Assembly: GCF_030028105.1 (NCBI RefSeq)
Contig: NC_092370.1
Span: forward strand, 80,248,969 to 80,312,968
Direction of reading: 5' to 3'
Source: Mobula birostris
Lineage: Eukaryota
DNA: 64,000 nucleotides
Both the position numbers and the translations under genes were made by a program. This document shows, in pieces, positions 26,101-38,100 of this stretch (its first letter is position 1; every line of letters starts with the position of its first letter). The notes under the pieces are model-generated. The model was not told the DNA's origin. It saw nothing but the letters and a program-made list of their open reading frames with translations, and did no database searches.

Positions 26101-29100
26101 AAGTACAGTGAAAAATGTTGTTATTTTGGTAGGATTACGGCCACCACCCGACCGTAATCCATGATAAATTGGCGATAAAAGTTTGCAAACCCCAAAACCG
26201 CTGAAGTTGCTTGCGGGTCGTGGGTCTGGGCCATTCTTCCACCGCCCAGATCTTCTCAGGATCTGCCCTCACCTGCCCTCTCTTGATGATGTAGCCCAGG
26301 AAGCTGACTGAAGGGATGTGGAACTCACATTTCTCCGCCTTCATAAATAACTTGTTCCCCCACAGTCTCTGGAGGACGAGATGGACATGGTGAATGTGTT
26401 TCTGGGGGCTGCTAGAAAATATTAAGATAACATCTAGGTAGACAAACATGAAGCGATTAATAAAGTCCCTCAGTACATCATTGATTAGGGCTTGAAAAAC
26501 GGCAGGGGCATTGGTGAGGCCAAATGGCATGACCAAGTATTTGAAGTGGGCTAATGGTGTATGAAAGGCCGTCTTCCACTCGTCTCCCTCCCTCATCCTG
26601 ACTAGATGGTAGGCGCTACGAAGGTCCAACTTCAAGAAGATGGTGGCTCCGTGAAGTGGTTCAAATGCTGAGTTAATGAGGAGCAGTGGGTACTTATTTT
26701 TAAAGGTCATGTTGTTTAGGCCTCGGTAATCAATACAGGGATGAATCGACCCATCCTTCTTCTCTGCAAAGAAGAAACCGGCGCCCACCGTGGAGGATGA
26801 AGGTCAAATAATGCCCGCTGCGAGGGACTCACTAATGTATTTCTCCATGCCCTCTCTCTCTGGTTGGGATAAGTTATAAAGACGACTGGTGGGTAACAAG
26901 GCCCTGGGGAGAAGGTCGATAGCACAATCATATGGGCGGTGCGGAGGCAGGGAAAGAGACCATTGTTTGCTGAATACCTGTCCCAGGTCATGGTATTCTG
27001 CGGGGACTTCAGACAAGTTGAGGGGTTCCAAGACAGCCGGGGTCGCGGTAGTCTCCCTTCATCAGAGCTGACCGCAGACAGGTGGCGTGGCAAAACAGGC
27101 TCCAACTGGCTATCCTCCCGGTAGACCAGTCGATGTAGGGGTTGTGGTGGTTCAGCCAGGGATATCCTAGAACTACAGGGGCTTGCCGATGCAGCACCAT
27201 TGGAAGCACCCTAGAGGGCCGGCCCCAAAAAGGGCGCCAGGCCATCTTCACCAGCAGGGGGAAAATCCCGCGCGCGGAAAGGGTCTGGGAATATGCATTC
27301 CCCACAGCAGTCCCGCCCCAGGGAGGGCGGGAACGGGAAGGCTTTAAAGCAGGCCGTGCAATGTTGTTTTTCATGTTATCCTTGCAGATCATTTCATTAC
27401 AATAATCCATTGAGGTGGTACAGGGGAACGCAATTTCAGAATGCAGAATAAAGTGTTGCAGTTATGGAGAAAGTTCAGTGCAGACAGACATTAAGGTGCA
27501 AGATCATAATGAGGTAGATTGAAAGGTCAAGAGTCCGTCTTATTGTACTAGGTGATCACTCAATAATCTTCGAACCCCGGGATTGAATCTTCCCTCAAGC
27601 CTGCAGTACCTGTTTCCAGGCTTTGTGTTTTCTGCCCAGTGGAGGGGAAAGAAGAGAGAATGCTGGAGTGCTAGGTGTTTTTGAATATGTTGGTTGCTTT
27701 ACCAAGCCAGTGAGAAGTATTGACAGAGGCCAATGAAAGCATGCAGGTTTCTGGGATGTACTAAACTGTGATCATAACTCCGCAGTTTCTGTATTAAAAC
27801 TACTAGATTATTTTTTGGAGAATTCAGCCTTATGCAGAAGGAAATTTCCTAAACTGGACTGGTCAATATCTGATTCCAAATCTGCCAATGTTGTTGACTC
27901 TGAAATCGTCTTCCAGTAGGTACAGAGAGTAGTTAGAAATGAATAGTAAGTGTTGTCTCCTCCAGCGACATCCAGTTATTTGAAACAACTCTTAGATTCT
28001 AGAAAAATGAAATTTTGTTCCTTGCAACAGTTGCAGGTCTGAATTACTGGCAGATTCATCATGTCAGCCTGAATGTCTCTGGAAAGTTTCGTGTCGTCTT
28101 TGAAGGCGTGAAACAAGCAGCCTCCCCCAATGGAGGGATTTCCATTGATGATATCAACCTCTCAGAAACCCACTGTCCTGCCCATGTGTGGCACATCAGA
28201 AACTTCAACGACATTCTGAACAGAAGCCCGCCGGGAAGCGCTGGGGTTATCTACAGCCCAAGATATTACTCCAGTGAAGGTTATGCATTTCAAATCAAGC
28301 TCTACATGAACGGTACAAGTGAGTTTCCCTTCTATCTTGGTATATTCCTTCACTTGGTCAGTGGCATTAATGATGATCGTCTACAATGGCCATGCCCATG
28401 GATGCAAGGGACCATGCTTCTGATGGATCAGCACCCCGACATTAGACGACGCATGTCCCACCAGAGAACGGTAACTACGGACCCAAATAAAATCCAAACT
28501 ACAGGTCAGTCCATATCTTGCTTAGCTTTCCTGCTTGTAGTTTTAGTGTAGGCATACTAATGGCTATCTGATCTGTTTACAGGCAATGAAACAACCTTCT
28601 TCTGGGATAGACCAAATAAAGTGGGATATCTGGTGACAGGAGCTGATGGCAGTCAGTATTACCGGGGACCAAGCATGGGAATCAGTACTTTTTTATCCCA
28701 TGAAAGATTGAAAAGTAGAGAGTTTGTCAAGGGAGGTGATGTTTATTTCCTTTTGACCATGGAAGGTAAGGCTTTATTTTCTGGATACTGTTTCTTACAC
28801 TCACTGCACATCTATAAGGAGGAACAACTGGTCAGAGTTATAGAAATGTACAGCACGAAACAGGCCCTTTGGCCCAACTAGTCCATGTTGAAACCATTTA
28901 AACTGCCTACTCCTATTGACCTGCACCACGACCATAGCCCTCCACATCCATACTATCCATGCACCTATCCAAACTTGGCTTAAATGTTGAAATCGAGCTT
29001 GCATGCACCATGTGGCCTGGTAGCTCATTCCACACACTCATAATCCTCTAAGTGAAGAAGTTTCCCTCATGTTCTCCTTAAACTTTTACCTTTCACCCTT

Positions 29101-32100
29101 GACCTCTGATTGTAGTCCCACCCAACCACTGTGTAAAAAGCCTTCTTGCATTTTCCCTATCTATACCCCTCATAATTTTGTATACCTCTATCAAATCTCC
29201 TCTCAATCTTCTACGTTCCAAGGAATAAAGTCCTAACCTATTTAATCTTTCCTTATAACCCAGGTCCTCCAGACCCAGCAACATCCTTGTAAATGTTCTC
29301 TGTACTCTTTCTACCTTATTTATATCTTTCCTGTAGGTAGGTGACCAAAACTGTACACAATACTCCAAACTAGACCTCACCAATGTCTTGTACAACTTCA
29401 GCGTAACATCCCAACTCCTGTATTCAATACCTTGATTTATGAAGGTCAATGTGCCAAAAGTTTTATTTGTGACCTGATCTACCCGTGACACCACTTTCAA
29501 TGAATTATGGATCTATGTTCCCAGTTTTCTTTGTTCTACCACACTCTTCAGTGCCCTACCATTCACTGTGTAGACTTACCCTGATTGGTCCTAATGAAGT
29601 GCAACACTTCGCACTTGTCTGCATTAAATTCCATCTGCCATCTTTCAGCCCATTTTCCCAGCCAATACAGATCCCTCTACAAACGACGATAGCCTTCCTT
29701 ACTGTCCACTACACCCCCTATCTTAGTGTCATCTGCAAATTTGCTGATCCAGTTAACCACATTATCCTGCAGATTGTTGATATAGATGACAAACAACAAT
29801 GGACCCAACACCGATCCCTGCGGCACACCTCTAGTCACAGCCCTCCCGTCAGAGAAGCAACCCTCTACTACCACTCTCTGGCTTCTCCCACAAAGCCAAT
29901 GCCTAATCCAATTTATAACTTCATCTTTAATGCTGAGCGACTCAACCTTCTTGACCAACCTACCATATGGGAACTTGTAAAAGGTATCTGAGCGTTTTGC
30001 TTTAATTGGTATATAGACAAAAAATTCTGGAAGTACTCAGCAAATTTCAAGAAGTATATTGTATACATTAAATGTACATTGTACCTATTGAAGCCTATTG
30101 AAAACTGGGCAGCATCTGAAACTAGAAGTAGAGTTAACATTTCAAGTTCACAATCCTCACTATCCTCATCATCTGGGAAGAGGTACAGGATCATGAAGAC
30201 CCACACTCAATGATTTAGGAACAGTTTCTTCCTTTCAGCCAACAGATTTCTGAATGACCCACAAACCCATGAACACTACCTCCCTATTCCTCTTTTGCAA
30301 TCATTTTTAAATTGTAACTTGCAGTAATTTTTGCACTGTACTGTGCCACAAAACAAATTTCGTGACATAAATTTCATGATATACACATCTAATTCTAATT
30401 CTGATTTTGATTGAGAAAATTTGTTGGATCAGGCGTGTAGAAGTTATCGAATGTGATCTGGAGTGCAGGCTACTGCATAGAGCAGTGCCCTGCAATAAAT
30501 TTCTAAGCCCGTATATGCATCTGCCAGCCACTTGCCTCTTCTATGGGCTGTAAAAGGCCATTTAGTACATGTACATGAAGTGTGCAAAGCTGCAGCCCCT
30601 TTTCTCTTATCTAAGGGGGCTTCTCCTTGCCTTCTGGCTGCATTTTATCCCCATCTTCTTCATGTTTAGTTATCCAGTACAGAGGGAGGCAAGGGGGAAG
30701 GAGGACATCCTCGTCAACTTGCTCCAGGGGGTTGGCCGAGTTAGCTATCAATGGGTCCTGAAGACAGGCAGCTGAGGGCTCCACCTGCGCTGACTGTCTG
30801 GCCATTTTGCGAGGGTTTGTCCATGCCCAAGTAACCTTGGAGAAAAAAACATGCACTGTCCAAAGATGCAATAGAGGTGTTCTGGGACTGTTGGGTACTA
30901 CAGGGGATGAATGGCACCCTCAGTGAGGATGGGACTATTTTAATATAGTTCATGTTAGCTATCGCTGTTGTCTCCAATGTTTGTTGTAGAGTTGGAATAA
31001 ATATATTTTTGAAAAAAACAAATCTGATTGTATAAGCTATGATGTGTGCTGTTCTCTGATCTTTCAGATGCATCACATCTTGTAGCCAGTCAACCTACAC
31101 CATCAGCTCCCTACCATTCCACCACAAACAAGCTCACACCCCATCCTATCACCAACTTGACCAGCAAGCCAGCAACTGACAAACCGGTGACAAATATCCC
31201 AGAATTATGCATTGGTTTTCAATGTCAAAATGAAGGAGTCTGCATTGAACTGAATGGAGAGCCTGTGTGCAGGTAATTGCTTTTGTTACTGTACAGTTAG
31301 TTGGCTGGTGGCGTAGTGGCATCAGTGCCGGACTTCAGAGCAAAGGCTTTTGAGTTCAAATCCAGCCGGCTCCCTTGAACACTTTCCATCCATCCTGGGT
31401 TGAGCGTCGAGCTAGCAACTCGGCCTTGTAAAAATCAGAAAGCCTGCCAAAAAAACGCTATCATGCCGGCATTCCGATGACTCCACTCGGAGTTGAGGGC
31501 TTTTTTCTTTATTGTAGTGTTCCAATGACACTGATAATTTTGATTGCCATTAACTGGAAAGTACTTTATTTACGCATATGATATGTTTAGTGACTTCAGG
31601 ATGCTTTACAAACAATCAAATGCACCATGATGTACCTGTAAATTGATAACTTAGTTTATTATTGCCATGTATATGAGGTACAATGGAAAAACTTGGGTTT
31701 GCATGCCACCAATACAAATTATTTCACAACATCAGTACAAGCTGAATGCAGAATAAATTGTTACAGTTACAGAGAAAGTGCAGTACAGGCAGACAATGCA
31801 GTGCAAGGTCATAATGAGGTAGACTGTAAAGTCAAGAGTCCATTTTACTGTATTAGATAATCATTCAACAATTTTATGGCAGAGGGGTAGACGCTGTCCA
31901 TAAGACCATAAGTCCACAAGACATAGGAGTAGAATTAGGCCAATCAGCCCATCGAGTCTGCTCCGCCATTCCATCATGTCTGATCCCGGATCCCACACCA
32001 ACCCATACACCTGCCTTCTTGCCATATCCTTTGATGCTCTGACCGACCAGGAAACAGAAACTGTCAACATCCACCTTAAATATACCCACAGACTTGGCCT

Positions 32101-35100
32101 CCACCACAGCATTTCACAGATTCACTACCCTCTGGCTAAAAAAATCCTCCTTACCTCTGTCCTAAGATGTTGCTCCTCAATTTTGAGGCTGTGTCCTCTG
32201 GTTCTAGATACCCTCACCATAGAAAACATCCTCTCCACATCCACCCTATCTAGTCCTTTCAACATTCCGTAGGTTTCAAAGTGATTCCCCCGCATTCTTC
32301 TAAATTCCAGTGAGTACAGGCACATTGCTACCAAATGCTCCTCATATGTTAACCCCTTCGTTCCTGCCCTTGAGCCTGGTGGTATGTGTCTTCAGGATTT
32401 TAAATCTTCTGCCAGTGAGAGGATGGAGAAGAGAAAATGTCCAGGGTGGGTGGGATCTTTAGTTATGTTGGTTACTTTACTGAATGAGCAAGAAGTGTAG
32501 AGTCCATGGAGGGGAGCATGATGAAGGATCTCAGCCTGAAGTGTCATCTATTCATTTCTCCACAGATGCTGCGTGATCCACTGAGTACCTCCAGCATTTT
32601 GTGTGTGCGTTGCTCCAGATAGAAACATAGAAACATAGAAAATAGGTGCAGGAGTAGGCCGTTTGGCCCATCGAGCCTGCACCACCATTCAGTATGATCA
32701 TGGCTGATCATCCAACTCAGATGTCCTGTATATATGCAGTCTTTCTTGTGTCTCACAGAACATAGAACAATACAGCACAGTACAGCTCCTTCAGCCCACA
32801 ATGTTGTGCTGACCTTTTAACCTGTTCTAAGATCTAACCCTTCTGTTATAAGGATTACCCCTCAATAATAATGATTAGTTAGGCACACAGAGAATCTGTA
32901 TTTCTTGACAAGTGCCTTTATTGGCCCAGTTCACAAGCATGCAAATTTACATCTGTGTGCACACCTATTGGGTTTCTCTATCCCTCTATGAACAGTCAAA
33001 GAATAGAAAAGGTAATAAGCCAAGTAAAAGAGTCTAGGGGTTCCTTGTGGTGCCAGTGTAATTTCCATGTGTCTGAAGTGGAGTCATTCTTACTCCTTTC
33101 CTTATCAGACCAATCTATGCAACAGACACACACAATGCTGGAGGAATTCAGCAGGCCAGGCAGAACCTATGAAAAAGATTAAACGGTCAATGTTTCAACC
33201 CAAAACCCTTCATCCAGACCTGCAGATTTTGTCGTGTTTCAGATCAATCTATGATGTTTCAGTTTTGTTGGTTTAAGGTCATCTGACTGACCTGTGTCAG
33301 ATTCCCATTGGAAGTAGCCCAAGGCTACAAGCAATATTACTTTATAGCCTTTCCTCTAGCCTTGTGTCTAAGGTGACTTCCTTTGCTATTTTTTCTAACT
33401 CAGCCTGGTTCAAACTAGTCTAACCAGTTCACCCAAACACTGGGCTCAGCTGTTTCTTCTACAAATTTACATTTTACATAATAAAGAGCTTCTCATCTGA
33501 GAATGGTCTCAGGTTTAGCAGATCATTAGCAGAAATTACTTGTGTCCACGTTCAACTGTCTGATTAAGTTATCCCTGAGTAAGAAGCAGTTCACCAAACA
33601 GTTCACAAAATGGTGGCTGCAAGGACAGTTTCACAGAATGGCCACCTCCATTCCTGCCACTACACAGCAAGAACAAAGACTTTTGTTTCTGTCTGTTTCC
33701 ACTGCCCTTGCCTCATTCCTGTTCACTTATTTATAGATTTTCGTTCTTTCTGACCAATCCCTCCCTTCCAGATAGCCCTCCATTTTTCTTTCATCTACAT
33801 GCTTACCTAAGAGCCTCTTAAATGTCCCTAATGTACCTACTTCTTCCACCACCCTGGCAGTATTTTCCACACACCCACCGCTCCCTGTGTAATAAAAAAA
33901 CAAACAAACAAACAAACATCCTCCCCATACTTTCCTCCAATCATCTTAAAATCACACCCCCTCATGTTAGCCACTTCCACCTAGGGGAAAAAGCCTCTTG
34001 CTATCCACTCTATCTATGCATCTTGTCATCTTATACACCTCTATCAAGTCACTTTTCATCCTCCTTTGCTCCAAAGAAAAATGCCCGAGCTCACTCAACC
34101 TATCCTCATAAGGCATGCTCTCTAATCCAATCAGCATCCTGATAAATCTCCTCTAAAACGATACTAATTGGACAAGTACTCCATGGAGAGGAGACTGTTT
34201 TCCATGCTGTGCTGAGAGAGTTCATAACATGATGTCCACAGCCCTCTGAAGTTTCTTGCAGTCTCAGCAGAGCAGCTGCCATACCAGGTTGGGATATATC
34301 CAGATAGGATGATCTCTATGGTGTCTCAGTAAAAACTAGTGAGAGTCAAGGTGGAAATGTGAATTTCTTTAGCTTTCTAAGGAAGTAAAGGCACTGTTAA
34401 GCTTTCTTAGCCATGAGGTATATTAAATACGTTGACCAATTGCTACACTACAAGCTACCACAATGAAAATTTGTCATTTTGGTGAGATTTAAATATTGGC
34501 CCAGATCACAGGTGGAATTCCTCTTTGGGTAATTCTAAAGGATCTTTTTACCTGAGGGAGCAAATTGATAGGGTAGTTAACAAGGCATATGGTGTGTTGG
34601 CCTTCGTGAGTTGAAGGTTTGAGTTGAAGTAATGTTGCAGCTCTTTTAAACTCTGCTTAGGGCACATGGAGTATTGTATTCAGTTCTGGTTGCCTCATTA
34701 TAGGAAGGATGTAGAAGCTTTAGACAGAGTGCAAAGGAGATTTACCAGGATGCTGCCTGGAATAGAGGGCATGTCCATTGAGGAAAGGTTGAGCAAGCTA
34801 GGACTTCTCTCTTTGGAGTAAAGGAGTATGAGAGAAGACTTGATAGAAGTGTATGAGATCATAAGAGAAATAGAGTGGATATCAGTACTCTTTTACCAGG
34901 ATAGCAATGAATAATATGAAATGATTATCAGGTGATTGGACTCCGCCACGGACAGTCCCAAATCCGCCTGCGAAAGGAGGAGGGTTGGACATCGGCTAGC
35001 AACCCCATATCATAAAAACCCAGTGCTACAGAGATGCCAACAGAAGCTCCAAAGACTTCATTACTCAGAGAGGAAGGATCTTCGAAGATGGGCTACATCT

Positions 35101-38100
35101 GGGGACAACTTGAAAGTCTGGTCCAGGAGAGAGTACTCAGGTGAACTGCAGTAGGCAGACTTATGCCCCTGGAGGGGTAATGGGCTTAAAAAGAAGATAA
35201 GGTGAATGGAGGAAAATATAGGGGGGAATGTGAGAGGTAAGTTTTTTTTGCACAGAGAGTGGTAAACGCATGGGTCATGTTGCCAGGGTCGGTGGTAGAG
35301 ACAGAAATATTTAAGAGATTCTTAGATCGGCGCATGGATGAAAGAAAAACAGAGGGCTATCTAGCAACGAAGAATTAGATTGATCTTGGAGAACGCTAAA
35401 AAGTTCTGGGCTGAAAGGCCTGTACTATACCTCTCTATGTTCCTGAGCAGACAAGCTCCTGAATTGATGTCTCATCTAAGGCAGAGCAAGTATGAAAGTG
35501 TCTAGCTCATCCAGTGCTGCATTATAATGTTGACCTGGAAATCAGACTAGAATTCAAAATCTCCTGACTCAAAGTTCAGCATCCAGTTCACAGAGCCACA
35601 GCTAACATTGGGCATTCACAAAGTGTTCAATATGACATTTTTCAACTTCCAATCGCAGTTTCACCAGATACCACAGTGTATTGATTTATAGCTTGCTTAA
35701 TTATGAAATATTCTGAATTTTGGAACACTTCATAGATAGGAGGTGTAAACCTGAATGTATTTCAGTGGATCATCTTAAACTAACCCACCAAAAGTTGGAG
35801 GATTCTGCTACCGTGCACCTGCCATCACAACAAAACCATGAGCGTGTCAACGTACCTCTGGACCAGTCAGAGGAAGCTGCTGTTACTCCTCCCACGGCAC
35901 AACGGACCCCAGCTGAATGGCCCGTTGGAGCTCCGGACAGGCTCACGTGTCAGTTTTGGTGAATTCTTGGGGGGGACGGGGATGGGGGATGTGGCCTCTG
36001 TAGGATAATGTCAGGGGTGGAAATATATGCAGAATTCACAACCACCAACATTGAGTTAGGGGTTCACTTTCAGAGGCTGGTCTGACGTGGTGATGTAATT
36101 ATGTGCATTTTTTTAACCGCACTCTATGTTCTGTATTTGGTTGACAATAGGGTGAGTTGTAATGGTTTCCCTTAAACTTTAAAAGCCTCTGATGTTTTAT
36201 TTACAAAAACTTACAGTAGTCATTAAGGTACTTTGCCTGTTTTTTCTTAAGTAACTTAGTCCCACCTCCCAGTTCATTCTATAGAGTCATATAGTACTGA
36301 ACCCAACATGTTTCCAGTTGTCTCATTATAGGAAGGATGTGGAAACTTTAGAGAGCATGCATAGGAGATTTACCAAGGTGCTGCTTGGATTAAAGAGCAT
36401 GTTTTTTTGAGGATAGGTTGAATACTAGGGTTTTTCTCTTTAGAATGGAGGAGGATGAAGGCTGACGTGATAGAGGAGTGTAACACCCTGGGAAAGGTTT
36501 CACTGCTAATATAATGGTGTCTCTGTAGCAACAGTGTTTGGGTTACGACTAGAGATAACAGGGGCTTTGGAATGTGTGGCATCCAATGAGGGGAGGTTTT
36601 TCTTTCGCGTCTGCCCGAGAGCGAGGGATTTGTGGGCTTTTGTTTGGCAGAAGATGGAGAGAGAAGAGGCCAGAACGGAGAGGTCGTAGACTGCAGGATG
36701 GAGAGGACTTGGAATGCGGTCGGGAGTCGATGATGCTCGGGGGAAATTGATGGAGAATGAACAGGCGGGAAAATCGTGAGCTCCAACGTGCACATTAGGC
36801 TTTCATTAAAATGGGCCCTTTTTTCTTTTTGTTTTCTCTACTAACCCTATAGTCAAATTAAGATTTATAAAACTCAATTGCTTAATTGCATATGGTGTAT
36901 TGTTCATTATTTCATGGTACCGAGTTGTAACAGGAGAAAACAAGTTTGGTAGGGCCGGATACTATCTTCCCCTTGACAATCACCACCAGCCGACCCTGAG
37001 GGTTACAATTGTGGGGGCTCACCCAGGATTCATTTCGTTGGATGCTGTGTGTTTGCCCTGAGTATTGAACCCGTGGGTTGTGTGTTTAAGTCTGTGCTGG
37101 TATGGATGCTGCCATGTTGGAGTGGTAATTAATGCGTGCGTGTTGAATGGGGTAGATATTCGTACTCCAGATGAATGGTTAATTCGCATGTTAAGTACTG
37201 TTAAAATTGTTGGAAAAGTTACAATTGCGGGGCGAAGGTTTGATAAAATGGCAGGCACAGCCTTTGTTTTACTGCAGACTAGAGCTGATGTAACGGTAGC
37301 AGAGCGGGCTGAATCACAAGTCCAGCTTCCTGTAGCTGGGGCGGAGACTTCAAAGGCAGGGTTCTGTCATTTCTGAGGAGTGAGGGAAAGGAGTGGTTGG
37401 ATTTGGAATGGCTACTTAGTCCCTGTCCCCCAGGGAAGAGTGAGAATTCTGAGTTAGTATCTGCCCTTACCTCTCTGGCGAATAAATGGAAAAATGCCCA
37501 GCTATGGTAGGCTCTGCCTATTCTGTGGAAATACTCCAACGCCTAAAGGGTAAGAGCAGTATGAGACTTGGGTGGAGCACACCTCTCAGCTCTCAGTTGT
37601 TAGATGAGTGGCAGTGCTCTGATGATGTAAAACGACAGGGATTAGTTGAGAGTTTGAGTGGGCGGGCTGCTGGCGTGAGAGTTGTCAGGTCCTGGTATCC
37701 CCGAGCAACTATGGGAGATTACATGGGAGCACTGGAAAAGGCATTTGGCATGACAGGAAGCCCAGCGGGGCTCATGGTGGGGTTTCAGAACATGCGTCAG
37801 GAGAAGGGAGAGATCTTTCTTCCTACATCTTTCGGCTAGAGAGGTGCAGAGGGGCCATTAAGGTGGCTGAGGTGGATCAGTTAAGAATGGACCAGGTAGC
37901 AAAGGGCGCCCAGTCTCAGGACCTGATCGCTTGGGGTCTCCGACTGTCTCGTAAGATGTCCCCTCTCCCTCATTTGTTGAGCTGATCAGAGAAGTGCGGG
38001 AGGAGGAGAATGCATCAGAGGCACGGGAGGCCTCCTTCAGCACAGTACAGTCCTCGGTAGTGGTCCCCTGTGGTGAAGTGACCACAGGTAGCATGCCCTA

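Noticed and set aside
37065-37839. Domesticated PNMA-like host gene
   Set aside because: Frameshifts and stops, and it lies inside a complete LTR-PBS-pol-PPT-LTR element.
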